A stretch of 64,000 nt of DNA from Heterodontus francisci (lineage: Eukaryota): positions 8,928,001 to 8,992,000 of the forward strand of contig NC_090404.1 of the NCBI RefSeq assembly GCF_036365525.1, read 5' to 3'. A program made the translations under genes and the position numbers. Of this stretch, positions 36,916 through 49,949 are shown in pieces. The notes below the pieces were generated by a model. The model had not been told where the DNA came from. It did not search any database and saw only the letters and a list, made by a program, of their open reading frames with translations. Position 1 is the stretch's first letter; every line of letters begins with the position of its first letter.

Positions 36916-37533
36916 TGTTGAGAACATTTGCTGCATCTTTCAGCTAATCAACAGGAGGACAGTGACATGACCAGGCCCCAGTCTGTCCAGAAGCTGACAA
37001 ACTCTCTTTAAAACTGCCATTAAGATGCTCATTGCATATCATATCAGAAATGACTTCATAACTTCAGGGCTGCAGAGGCAACTTATCAGCAGAAACAGAC
37101 TAACAAGCAGAAAATAACGGGGCAGCTGCAGGCTGCTTAATAGTAGCCTATTGTACAACAATCAGCCTAACGGTTCACAAGGAGATAAGGGGATGGGAAA
37201 CTGGAGTAAGAAGTTAAAACAAATTGACAAGGCAGTACCCCAATCAGGCCCCGACACCAAGAAACTGCAGAAGTTTGTAGACCAATTGGGAACAAAGAGT
37301 AGGTGTTACTGATTTGTATGAATAACTATAATAAGGCTTGATTTGGCATGAACAGTTAGTTCGGGGGGGGGGGTGTGGTTAGTTCAGGGTTAGTTCAGTG
37401 TGTGTGTTGCTTTTAGTTTTAGTTCAGTTCATTGCTAAGTTTTCTGAAGATGTAACAATTAAGTACTGCAATAACATTTCTTAAAGCTACAGTCAGACTT
37501 TGTTTCTCTTTGTGCAAATAATGGGATCCAACA
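36916..37533 (+). mobile_element. Candidate solo LTR
   Basis: TGTTG...CAACA termini, CCAAT boxes and TATA-like sequence. The TSD is only partial (GTCAT/GGCAG). Confidence 0.4.
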
Positions 37534-38303
37534 GGCAGGAATATTTTTAAACGAAATAGCACTGCAAGAGCCCAGGGTCCCTCTCTCAGTTACACAGACA
37601 ATCACTCAGCAACATCCAAATACAAGTCACATTTAAAACCAGGGGCTTAAAAGATTAAAATTGTCACCTACACCCTATGTGTGTATCTATTCGTTTCTTT
37701 ATCTCTGTGTCTCTTCTTTCTCTCTCTGTTCCTGTCTCTCCCTAACTCTATTCTCCTAAATGTCTATCTGGGTTGCATCTCCGTCCCTCTTTCTCATCCT
37801 CTCTGCCCCTCTCTCCATCCATATCACTCTCTTTCTCTCTATCTCAGATGTTTTCTTAATTGAAATGTGTTGTCAAATATTTCTGTCTAAGCATTTTTTT
37901 AAATGACATCAGATTGCTGGGTGTGGCATGTTTTTATGTATTAAACAATTTAAATAGAGAAACAGTGAGAGAGAAAGCGCCTGTTCTGTCATTCTGATCT
38001 ACCCCACACTTTCCTCATATTCCTTGATTTCCCGTGTATCCAAAAATCGATCCCTGGCTGTCTTCAATGTACTCAGAGACGTAGCATCCACAGACCTCTG
38101 GGGTAGGGAATTTCAATCCTGAGTGAAAAAAGTTGCTCCTCATCTCAGTACTCAACTATCGAGAGGGCCCATTCACTTGGGTTTCTGTAAGAGTAGTTTG
38201 TTAATTTCATCTCAATTTGATGAGAAAACCAGCATTCGCTAGTCCCAATCAGTAGTTTGAATGGCGCTGCTGTTACCCAGCACCTCCCACGGAATTTTGG
38301 GGT

Positions 38304-38603
38304 TGGCACAGTGGCGCAGTGGTTAGCACCGCAGCCTCACAGCTCCAGCAACCCGGGTTCAATTCTGGGTACTGCCTGTGCGGAGTTTGCAAGTTCTCCC
38401 TTTTCGCCGGGTGCTCCAGTTTCCTCCCACAGCCAAAGACTTGCAAGTGATAGGTAAATTGGCCATTGTAAAATTGCCCCTAGTGTAGGTAGGTGGTAGG
38501 GAATATGGGATTACTGTAGGGTGAGTATGAATGGTTGGTTCTTGGTCGGCACAAGCTCTGTGGGCCGAAAGGCCTGTTGCAGTGCTGTATCTCTAAATAA
38601 AAT
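38304..38603 (+). mobile_element. V-SINE (HE1-like)
   Basis: GGCACAGTGGCGCAGTGGTTAGCACC head and the same body and tail as 1166-1520. Confidence 0.9.
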
Positions 38604-39375
38604 AAGTTGAATGTGCCCGATTCACGGTGCAGGAGGACAGTGCACAGGCACAGTAGTGGACTGTATCTGGAGCATGTGCAATGTCACTTTGATCTGAGTT
38701 GTGAGTACTGGATGACAGTTTTGCAGCGGGTGAGAGTCGACGGGACGCAGTGGAGGAATGGAGCCGGCGGGTGGGCGGGGAGGCTTCAGCAAAACCTGGT
38801 ATAGGCCGCAAGCCCCGAATAGAAACCTCCAGGCCCCACGTTTGCAGCTCTGGGCGTTTTCCCTGGAACAGGCCCCAGGTTAACGGTCACCTTGGTTGAG
38901 AGGGGAGCAGAGCGCATGCACGGCCATCTTGGTGACGACACAGAAAGTGGGCGGGGCTTCAGGGTTCCAGTGATCAGGAGAGAAAATCATTGACTTGATT
39001 TGATTTGACTCTCACTCTGCACACAGGGGCTGGAGAACTGAACCCAGTCTGAGTAGAGGAGGGAGAAAACTGGCAGTGGAGGAACGAAATGGTGCGGATG
39101 GTGCTCTGCCTTTGGATTTCAGCACAGGGAGGAGAGAGAGTGTGTGGGACGGGGATTTACAGCTTTGGGGGAACAGTAGAGGGAAAAATGTTCCATAGAA
39201 ACTAGAATTGTCTGTTCTGAATTTCTATCCTGTACTGACAGTGATGATTTTTATAATCTCCCTTTCACAGGGTATTAGAAGGGGAGGATTTCTGGGCAAA
39301 CATCACGTCAGGATCTGACAGAGTCACTTGATTCATCAGGATCTGAATATCTTTGGCCTTTGAAGGAGAAAGTTT

Positions 39376-39901
39376 GTGGGAAAAGCTTTCAAACATCAGT
39401 GTGACTGGAAACGCACTGAGACAGACACACCTGAGTGTTGCAGTGCACTGACTGAAAAAACATCGCACCATTCACAGCGGGGAGAAACTGTACATGTGTT
39501 CTCTGTGTGGCCGAGGTTTCAACTGATCATCCAACCTGGAGAGACACAAGGACACTCGCACAACGGAGAAACCGTGGAAATGTGTGGACGGGGGGAAGGG
39601 ATTCAGTTGACCGTCTGAATTGGAAACTCATCAGTGCAGTCACACTGGGGAGAGGCCGTTCACCTGCTCCGTGTGTGAGAAGGGATTCACTGAATCATTC
39701 CAGCTTGTGACACACCAGCGTGTTCACACTGGGGAGAGACCGTTCACCTGCTCAGTGTGTGAGAAGGGGTTTAATCAATCAACCAACCTTCTGACACACC
39801 AGTGAATCCACATCGGGGAGAGGCCGTTCACCTGCTCTGTACGTGGGAAGGGATTTACTCAGTCATCTCACCTGCTGAGACACCAGCGAGTTCACAAGTG
39901 A
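39376..39901 (+). pseudogene. C2H2 zinc-finger pseudogene
   Basis: [16 protein letters not shown] repeats, an in-frame TGA at 39803 and frameshifts. Confidence 0.85.
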
Positions 39902-41752
39902 CTGCAGGGGTTGGATTTCTACTGTTATTGCTGCTATTAACACTTCCAGGACTAAAACTGTTTATTTTGACAGGTGGGGTTTGTTTCTACTGATAATAAC
40001 CCCTATTATGGATATATGTCAAATAAATCTTGATTTCCTCATGGGAACGTAGACTAATTGATCAGCCAGGATCTAATTGAATGGTGCAGCAGGCTCGATG
40101 GGCTGAATGTCCCACTCCTGTTCCAATGTACTTTCTCCTCAGACTTCACCTACTCTCCAACTCTGCTCAAGTGCTGGTTTCCTGTTGCACTGCCTTCTCC
40201 CCAGTTCTCCCATGACTTTCCATTCATCAGCTGTGTTTGAGTCCAAGTTTATTCGGGACATTGGAACAGGAGTCGTCCATTTAGTCCCTCGAGCCTGTTC
40301 TGCCGTTCAATGAGGTCATGGCTGATCTGCAACCTAACTCCGTGTACCCAGATATTATTTTAATACCAGCTTCCCCAGTCTGTTATAATGTGATTTTAAA
40401 AACAATTGTCATCTACATTGCACCTTTAAGGTAGGAAAGTGTCCCAAGGTGCATCTCAGAAGCTTAAACTGACAAATCAGGCAAAAATTGACACTGAACT
40501 AAAGAAGGGGATATTAGGAGGGCTGACTAAAAGCTTGGTCAAAGACAGAGGTTTTTAGGAGGGTCTTAAAGGAGGAGAGATGTGGACTGGCAGAGAGGTA
40601 TAAGGAGGGAATTCCAGAGCTTAGGGTCGATGACTGAAGGCACAGCCAATGGGACAGAGAGAGTGAGGGATGTGTAAGAGGCCAGAGTTGGAGGAATGCA
40701 GACTTTTCTGAGGGTTGGACAGCTGGAGGAGGTTACAGATGTAGGGAAGGGTGAGGTCTTGATGGGATTTGAACCCCAGATGAGAATTTTAAAATGGAGG
40801 CACTGGTGAACCTGGAGCCACTGTAGGTCAGTGTGCACAGTAGTGATGGATGAGTGGGACTTTGTGATGGTTGGGGTAAAAGACAGCAGAGTTTGGATGA
40901 GCTCAAGTTTAAGCAGGGTGGAGGTCACTCTTGGGAGACTCCAAAGGTAATGGGGTGAGAAGCCATTGCTAGAGAATCTTTGGCTATGATTGGTAGGTTG
41001 AGTATAGCAAAGGTCCCAACTTGGTGTAAAAATCTTGTTTCATCATTAGCTTGTAGTCCAATTATTTGTAATACTCCAGTAATCGAATTATATTATTCGA
41101 TTAACCTAATATATTCTTCTTAGTTGTAATCAATGACGGACACTGTTCCCATGTGACTGCATCTTTATCTGTGAAGATGTAGCTGCATTCTTATCTGACA
41201 GGTGAAACATACCACATGCCCTAGGCCTACATGTAAAACTACAGTTTGTGGTTTAATCACAGAGTTATTGCTGTGAAGACAGTCAAGATTGAATAGTCCA
41301 GTGTCTGGAGCTGTGTCCGGACACAAACTCCCTAACCATTAAAACTTATCAGCTATACGTGATACATAAAATAACTGTCAGAGCCTTCGGCCTTGAGTTC
41401 TGTGTTTTAAATTAGTTACTTCTTTTAATAAAGCATTAACTTGTTAATTGCACAGTAATGCCTTAAAAAGAAACAGTCACTTTCTTTTGAATTATAGAAT
41501 TATAGATGTTCTATGTATCACTTTGGTTCTGTAAGCTTAATAATTAAGTTCTGTAATTAGTTGTGTAGTTATGTAGACTTTTTCCTTTTGCTTTTGTTAC
41601 TTATAAGCCTGTATTGAGTGTATCCTGCTGTATTTCATAAGTGCATCTTGCTCCCTCATCTTTACGCATGGATTGTCTTTATATGCTGGTTTCAAACATG
41701 TTATGTGTAGATTGTATGTATGAAATAGTTTTGTAATTTCTGTATTAATCTA

Positions 41753-43281
41753 GGGAAGTGACCCTAGAAATAGTGGATGCATTGGTGGTCATCTTCCAAG
41801 ATTCTATAGACTCTGGAACAGTTCCTACAGATTGGAGGGTAGCTAATGCTATTTAAAAAGGGAGGTAGAGAGAAAGCAGGGAATTATAGACCAGTCAACC
41901 TGACATCGGTAGTGGGGAAAATTCTAGAGTCCATTATCAAAGATTTTATACCAGAGCACTTGGAGAACAGTGGTAGAATCGGACAGAGTCAGCATGGATT
42001 TATGAAAGGGAAATCATGCTTGACAAATCAAATAGAACTCTTCGAGGATGTAACTAGTAGAGTTGATGAGGGACAGCCAGTGGATGTGGTTTATTTGGAC
42101 TTTCAGAAGGCATTTGACAAAGTCCCACATAAGAGATTAGCGTGTAAAATTAAAGCGCATGGGATTGGGTGTAGTTTATTGCGATGGATAGAAAATTGAT
42201 TGGTGGACAGGAAACAAAGAGTGGGGATAAATGTGTCTTTTTCCGAAGGGGAGGCAGTGACTAGTGGGGTACTGCAGGGATCGGTGCTAGGACCCCAGCT
42301 ATTCACAATATACATGAATGATTTAGATGAGGGAACTAATGTAATATCTCCAAACTTGCAGATGACACAAAACTAGGTGGGACGGTGAGTTGTGAGGAGG
42401 ATGCAGAGACTTCAGGGTGATTTGGACAAGTTAAGTGAGTGGGCTAATGCATGGCAGATGCAGTATAATGTGGATAAATGTGAGATTATCCACTTTGCTA
42501 GCAAAAACAGGAAGGCGGATTATTATCTGAATGGCTATAAACTGAGAGAGGGGAATATGCAGCGAGACCTGGGTGTTCTCGTACACCAATCGCTGAAGGT
42601 AAGCATGCAGGTGCAACACGCGGTAAAAAAGGCAAATGGTATGTTGGCTTTCATAGCGAGAGGATTCGAGTACAGGAGCAGGGATGTCTTGCTGCAATTA
42701 TACAGGGCCTTGGTGAGGCCACGCCTGGAATATTGTGTGGAGTTTTGGTCTCCTTAACTGAGGAGGGATGTTCTTGCTATAGAGGGAGTGCAGCGAAGGT
42801 TTACCAGACTGATACCTGGGATGGCAGGGCTGACATATGATGAGAGATTGAGTTGGTTCGGTTTATATTCGCTGGACTTCAGAAGAGTGAGGGGGGATCT
42901 CATAGAAACCTATAAATTTCTAACAGGACTTGACAGGGTAGCTGCAGGAAGGATGTTCCCGATGGTGGAGGAGTCCAGAACAAGGGGTCATAGTCTAAGG
43001 ATACGGGGTAAACCTTTCAGGACTGAGATGAGGAGAAATTTCTTCACCCAGAGAGTGGTGAGCCTGTGGCATTCGCTACCACAGAAAGCAGTTGAGGCTA
43101 AAACATTGAATGTTTTCAAAAAGGAGTTAGATATTGCTCTTGGGTCTAAAGGGATCAAAGGGCATGGGCGAAAGCTGGAACAGGCTACTGAGTTGGATGA
43201 TCAGCCATGATCATAATTAATGGCGGAGCAGGCTCGGAGGGCCAAATGGCCTACTCCTGCTCCTATTTTCTATGTTTCTAT
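41753..43281 (+). mobile_element. CR1 LINE, 5'-truncated
   Basis: NYRPVNLTS, YLDFQKAFD, RPRLEYC motifs; tail TTTCTATGTTTCTATG. Confidence 0.92.
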
Positions 43282-43286
43282 GGCTG

Positions 43287-43857
43287 TGTAATGTGCCATT
43301 GTATAATGATGGGTACTGAATATCACAAGGCACCATATAATCTTATTAGAAAACCATTAAATTTAATGAAGGGACAAAAATTAAATGCTGTAATAAGGGG
43401 TACTGTTCTGCAGGTGACTGACATCTGAAGGAACCAATCAGGAAATGATATCTGCAGGTGACTGCCTCTCTAAAGAACCAATCAGAAACTGATCATGCAC
43501 TGCCTGAACCAATCGGAGACTAGAAATTATGAGCATGGGCAGTGCATCAGAAAGGGTTAAAAAGACTCGTTGCCAGCAATACGGCGAAGAGTGTGATGTT
43601 GGAGACTGCATACCTGAAGTGATAGAGAGAGGGGACCACATCAAGTTGTGCCCAAGGCTGAATCAGGAGGCAAGACCCACATTGAGCCAGTGAAGTTACT
43701 GCCTAACCTTTGCTAAGTATTACTTTTGTTACTTAATAAATGTTTCCTGATATTACAACACCATATTATCTCTGATTGCCTCTTTCAAAAAGACAAATTA
43801 ATATTAATTGGATAAAGACTCACAGAGTGAGAGTTAATAAGACCCAGAACTCTTACA
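43287..43857 (+). mobile_element. Candidate solo LTR
   Basis: TGTAA...TTACA termini, three GAACCAATC repeats, TATA-like TTAAAAAG and AATAAA. No TSD is visible because the left flank is CR1. Confidence 0.5.
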
Positions 43858-44180
43858 GAAGGGACTCACTCAGTCATCCCACCTCACTGAACATCAACTT
43901 GTTCCTCAAGAAGGGTCACTGACCTGAAACGTTAACTCTGCTTCTCTCTCCACAGATGCTGTCAGACCTGCTGAGAATTTCCAGCATTTCTTGTTTTATG
44001 GAAACTTGTTCATCGTGGTCAGAGACCTTTTAAGTGTTCTGACTTAGAAGTGCTTTCAAAAAAGAGCTGCTGAAACACCAACACAGACACTAGGGAGAGG
44101 CCGATCATTTGCTCTGTGTGTGTGGGAAGGGATTCACTCAGTCATCCAACCGCTGAAACATAAGAGAGTTCACAAGTGAC
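43858..44180 (+). pseudogene. C2H2 zinc-finger remnant interrupted by a ~100-bp insertion
   Basis: KG.TQSSHLTEHQLV..QRPFKCSD..GERP.IC; the insertion is flanked by the 9-bp duplication AACTTGTTC. Confidence 0.7.
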
Positions 44181-44976
44181 AGCAGAGATTGGATTCTGCT
44201 GTTATTGCTGCTGTTAATCACATCCAGAACTGAACCATGTTCATTCTGACAGTTGGGGTTGGTTTATTTTTGCTGATGCTAAACTCCAGCCCAGTTCTAT
44301 GGGTGATTAATATTCTGATAACTGTCAAATGAATTGATGTTGTTTCAAACACATACTTTGCCAGGTCTTTATTTTCTCCAAAATCAGAGGAGACTAATTG
44401 GTGTCCTGTTACTGACTGTTACATTTTGGTGCCTTTTCTCCATTCTAACTCTAAATTATTTCAGTTCTCATACCTTCGGTTACTCTCACAGGCAAGTCCC
44501 AGATCCCCATACCTTCCAGAGTGCCTCAGCTAGTCTTGGGATCCAGGGAAGGTATCAGTAACACGCCCGGGATAACTAAACACAAAACCCAGTCTGTAAT
44601 TCGCTTTCAGCTACTGGACTTAGTGTGTGTCCCACAGCATCTCTCTCACCTTCGATGTGTGAGTAGAGCATCATGCCTGCAAACTTGGTTTAAATTTAAA
44701 TCCACTCAGGAATACAGTTAAATAAATACATTTAACAGGAACCTTTTAGGTTGATGAGACTCTCTAAAGGTGCCAATATTATAAACCCACAACCAAACCT
44801 GTAGGTAATTAGTTCAAATCATTTCATTCACATGTTTAAAATTAATGTGGGATTTATATCATGGCAATTTTTACATATCTGGATAAACCAACATTTTTGC
44901 TGCACAGAAGTCAGCCTTTTCCTAACACTCATAGTAAGGAAATGGTGATCTCACAAAAAGGGAAGATCCTGTATTT

Positions 44977-47900
44977 ATGGGGGAGTTTAGGGAGTTAGGT
45001 AGTAAGTTAAAATAACAGGACCTCTAGGGTTGTAATCTCTGGATTACTCCCTGTGCCACATGCCAGTGAGGCTAGAAATAGGAAGATAGTGCAGCTAAAC
45101 ACGTGGCTGAGCAGCTGGGGTAGAAGGGAGGGTTTCAGATATCTGGACCATTGGGCTCTCTTCAGGGACAGATGGGACCTGTACAAGGACGGGTTGCATC
45201 TAAACTGGAAGGGCACTAATATCCTGGCTGCAAGATTTCCTAGCGTCACTCGGGAGGGTTTAAACTAGTGTGGCAGGGGGGTGGGAACCAGAGCAGTAGG
45301 ACAGCTACTGAAGTAAATGAGGAGGACATAGTAAATAAGGCCAGTAGGACTAAGAGGAAGAGCAGGGTGTTGCTGAGCACAGCGGGACTGGTGGTCTGAA
45401 GTGCATTTGTTTCAATGCGAGAAGTATAACAGGTAAGGCAGATGAACTTAGAGCTTGGATTAGTACTTGGAAATATGATGTTGTTGCTATTACAGAGACT
45501 TGGTTGAGGGAAGGGCAGGATTGGGAGCTAAATGTTCCAGGCTTTCGAAGCTTCAGGTGGGATAGAGGGGGATGTAAAAGGGGTGGGGGAGTTGCATTAC
45601 TGGTTAAGGAGAATATCACAGCTGTACTGCGGGAGGACACCTCAGAGAGGTCATGCAGCGAGGCAATATGGATGGAGCTCAGGAATAGGAAGGGTGCAGT
45701 CACGATGTTGGGGGTTTACTACAGGCCTCCCAACAGCCAGCGGGAGGTAGAGGAGCAGATATGTAGACAGATTTTGGAAAGATGTAAAGGTAACAGGGTT
45801 GTAGTGGTAGGTGATTTTAACTTCCCCAATATTGACTGGGACTCAGTTAGTGCTCGGGGCTTGGATGGGGCAGAATTTGTGAGGAGCATCCAGGAGGGTT
45901 TCTTGAAACAGTATGTAGATAGTCCAACTAGGGATGGGGCTATTCTGGACCTGGTATTGGGGAATGAGCCTGGCCAGGTGGTCGAAGTTTCACTGGGGGA
46001 GCATTTCGGGAGCAGTGACCATAATTCCATAAGTTTTAAGGTAATTGTGAATAAGGATAAGAGTAGTCCTCGGGTGAAGGTGCTAAATTGGGGGAAGGCT
46101 AATTATAACAATATTAGGCAGGAACTGAAGAATTTAGATTGGGGGCGGCTGTTTGAGGGTAAATCAACATCTGACATGTGGGAGTCTTTCAAACGTCAGC
46201 TGATTAGAATCCAGGACCAGCATGTTCCTGTGAGGAAGAAAGACAAGTTTGGCAAGTTTCGGGAAGCTTGGATAACACGGGATATTGTGAGCCTAGTCAA
46301 AAAGAAAAAGGAAGCATTTGTAAGGGCTGGAAGGCGAGGAACAGATGAAGCACTTGAGGAATATAAAGACAGTAGGAAGAAACTTAAGCAAGGAGTTAGG
46401 AGGGTGAAAAGGGGTCATGAAAAGTCATTGGCAAACAGGATTAAGGAAAATCCCAAGGCTTTTTATACATATATAAAGAGCAAGAGGGTAACCAGGGAAA
46501 GGGTTGGCCCACTCAAGGACAGAGATGGGAATCTATGCGTGGAGCCAGAAGCAATGGGCAAGGTGCTAAATGAGTACTTTGCATCAGTATTCACCAAGGA
46601 GAAGGACTTGGTGGATGATGAGCCTAGGGAAGGGAGTGCAGATAGTCTCAGTCATCTCATTATCAAAAAGGAGGTGTTGGGTGTCTTGCAAAGCATTAAG
46701 GTAGATAAGTCCCCAGGGCCTGATGGGATCTACCCTAGAATACTGAGGGAGGCAAGGGAAGAAATTGCTGGGGCATTGACAGAAATCTTTGCATCCTCAT
46801 TGGCTACAGGTGAGGTCCCAGAGGACTGGAGAATAGCCAATGTTGTTCCTTTGTTTAAGAAGAGTGGTAAGGATAATGCAGGAAATTATAGGCCGGTGAG
46901 CCTTACGTCAGTGGGAGGGAAATTATTAGAGAGGATACTTTGGGACAGGATTTACTCCCACTTGGAAACAAACAAACTTATTAGCGAGAGACAGCTTGGT
47001 TTTGTGAAGTGGGGGTCGTGTCTCACTGTCTTGATCGAGTTTTTTGAGGAAGTGACGAAGATGATTGATGAGGGAAGGGCGGTGGATGTTGTCTATATAG
47101 ACTTTAGTAAAGCCTTTGACAAGGTCCCGCATGGTAGACTGGTGCAAAAAGTGAAGTCACACGGGATCAGAAGTGAGCTGGTTTTTCTGAATGGAGGGAT
47201 GTGACTAGTGGGATTCCGCAGGGATCAGTGCTGGGACCTTTGCTGTTTGTAGTATATATAAATGATTTGGAGGAAAATGTAGCTGGTCTGATTAGTAAGT
47301 TTGCAGACGACACAAAGGTTGGTGGAGTTGCGGATAATGATGAGGATTGTCAGAGGATACAGCAGGATATAGATCGGTTGGAAACTTGGGCGGAGAAATG
47401 GCAGATGGAGTTTAATCCGGACAAATGTGAGGTAATGCATTTTGGAAGGTCTAATGCAGGTGGGAGGGATACAGTAAATGGCAGAACCCTTAGGAGTATT
47501 GACAGGCAGAGAGATCTGGGCGTACAGGTCCACAGGTCACTGAAAGTGGCAATGCAGGTGGATAAGGTAGTCAAGAAGGCATATGGCATGCTTGCCTTCA
47601 TCTGACGGGGCAAAGAGTATAAAAATTGGCAAGTCATGTTGCAGCTGTACAGAGCCTTAGTAAGGCCACACTTAGAATATTGCGTGCAATTCTGGTTGCC
47701 ACACTACCAGAAGGACGTGGAGGCTTTGGAGAGGGTACAGAGGAGGTTTACCAGGATGTTGCCTGGTCTGGAGGGCATTAGCTCTGAGGAGAGGTTGGAA
47801 AAACTCGGATTGTTTTCACTGGAACGACAGAGGTGGAGGGGCGACATGATAGAGGTTTACAAAGTTATGAGCGGCATGGACAGAGTGGATAGTCAGAAGC

Positions 47901-48210
47901 TTTTTCCCTGGGTGGAAGAGTCAGTTACTAGGGGACATAGGTTTAAGGAACGGGCAAAGTTTAGAGGGGATGTGCGAGGCAAGTTTTTTTTACACAGAGG
48001 GTGGTGAGTGCCTGGAACTTGCTGCCAGGGGAGGTGGTGGAAGCAGATACGATAGCAACGTTTAACAGACATCTTGACAAATATATGAATAGGAAGGGAA
48101 TGGAGGGATATGGGCTCCGGAAGTGCAGAAGGTGTTAGTTTCGGCAGGCATCAAGATCGGTGCAGGCTTGGAGGGCCGAATGGCCTGTTCCTGTGCTGTA
48201 CTGTTCTTTG
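44977..48210 (+). mobile_element. CR1 LINE with near-complete ORF2 (EN+RT)
   Basis: 566-aa ORF with GVYYRPP, GDFNFP, LDLVL, SDHN and NYRPVSLTS, followed by PQGS/FADD fragments. Confidence 0.95.
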
Positions 48211-48214
48211 ATAT

Positions 48215-48705
48215 ATTAATATTGGAGGCAGTTCATAAAAGGTTCACTGGGCTGATTCCAGGGATGAAGGTGCTGTCTTATCAAGAACGGCTGAACAGGC
48301 TAGGCCTTTATTCATTGGAGTTTAGAAGAATGAGAGGTGATCTTATTGAAACAGATAATATTTTAACGAGGCTTTACAGGGTAGATGTTGAGGTGTTTCC
48401 ACTGGTGGGGGAATCTCGAACTCTTGGACATAGTTACAGAATAAAGGGGCACACATTTAAAACTGAGATACGAAGGAATTTCTTCTCTCAGAGGGTGGTG
48501 ATTCTCTGGAATTCTCTACCTCAGAGTTGTGGAGGCTCAATCACTAATTGTATTTAAGGAGGAGGTAGATAATTTTTGAAATCTCGGGGATTCGAGGGTT
48601 ATGCGGAGCAGGCCCGAAAGAGGAGTTGAGGCCTGGGACAGATCAGCCATGATCTTATTAGGCTAGAGGGGCTGAATGCCCTACTCCTGTTCCTATTTCT
48701 TATGT
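48215..48705 (+). mobile_element. CR1 3' fragment
   Basis: LYSLEFRRMRGDLIE..RRNFFSQRVV motif and CR1 tail. Confidence 0.85.
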
Positions 48706-49949
48706 TCAGTGGGGCTTTATGTCAGTACCTGACACACCAGGATGAGTCCAATTTCCTTCCACTCTGGTTAATGTTGTTTTTATCAATTGTGTCTGTATGT
48801 TGTCACAGCCCTGGCTCATCTTGGTGTTGTTTTAACCTTGCAGTAGCAGTTACTGTGTCTGAAGTGGAGAATCAATGGCAGTGTAATAGACAGAGAGTGC
48901 AGGATAATGTGAGAGAGACAGAGAGTGACAGACTGATAGTGATAGACAGAGTGAATGTCAAAACTTGACATGGATATATTTTTGTTGGGTATGGTTACTG
49001 AAGGATATGGAACCAAACCGGGTAAACACAGTTGAGATACATATCAGTCATGAGGTGACTGAATGGTGAACAGGCTAGAGGGGCTGAATGGCCTCCTCCT
49101 GCTCTTGTGATTCTCTATTTTACAAGATCACCAAGACTGAATCCCTGAGACTCTTCTCAATACTGGGGCCTTCAATTCCTGACAGTTATGGAACAAGGTG
49201 TTATGATGGCTGTGGAGATCACCAAAACAAAAGAATCGAATTTACCGGGAGGCCCCAATAGAAAAAGCAAATGGACAAGTTTTCATTTCTATAAATTTTA
49301 TCAAACCAAAAGCAACATAAATGAAACATGAACTAACACGTAAATCACGATATATATGCTGAAAAATTACACATTAATTATCAGCTACAACAGCGATAGA
49401 TCTCTCAGATTTACTCGGCAGGCCGCTCAGCGAAGGTGGCACCGAATACTCAAAGTTCCTCATGAACTTCTGCAGGTGGATTTCCAACTCCTGTCCTCCA
49501 AGATGCAAACACAGATGTATTGCCTCCTCGTCGATAGCGAGCGTTGCAGTCTTCCCTGTAACATTTCAGTCTGGTCACCTCTCAATGTCCTTGGTCCTGC
49601 TCATAATAGTTTTAATGTGTGGTTCCACCCATAACTCTTTAAGTCACTGAAAACATTTGTGAAGTACCAGCTCCCAGAAACAAGCCTTCCTTTTTTGCAG
49701 CCTGTCTTTTGAAAAACCAACAGCTTGTCTGGAAGAACAACAGCCTGCAGCTTGCTTCCATACTGCTGACCTGGGAACTGACCATTGAATAGCTCTATTC
49801 ACATGACTCTTTCATTTAACCTGGTTCTGACTTCCCAGAACTCTGAAGCTTTCAGTTTCATTTTCCAGTAAATGACTGTCTCAAAAAAAATTACAAGCTT
49901 TGATACCAAAGTCCTTGCACCTAACAGTACATTCAACAAGTCAACTGTT

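Larger units (their letters stand above)
38245..40990 (+). repeat. Inverted paralogous copy of 30095-33150 (ZNF unit plus downstream L2)
   Basis: For example, 40321-40385 is the reverse complement of 30855-30920. Promoter, intron, ZNF exon and L2 are all mirrored. Confidence 0.9.

Noticed and set aside
49199-49926. Possible solo LTR (TGTTA...TAACA)
   Set aside because: No TSD and no convincing internal signals.
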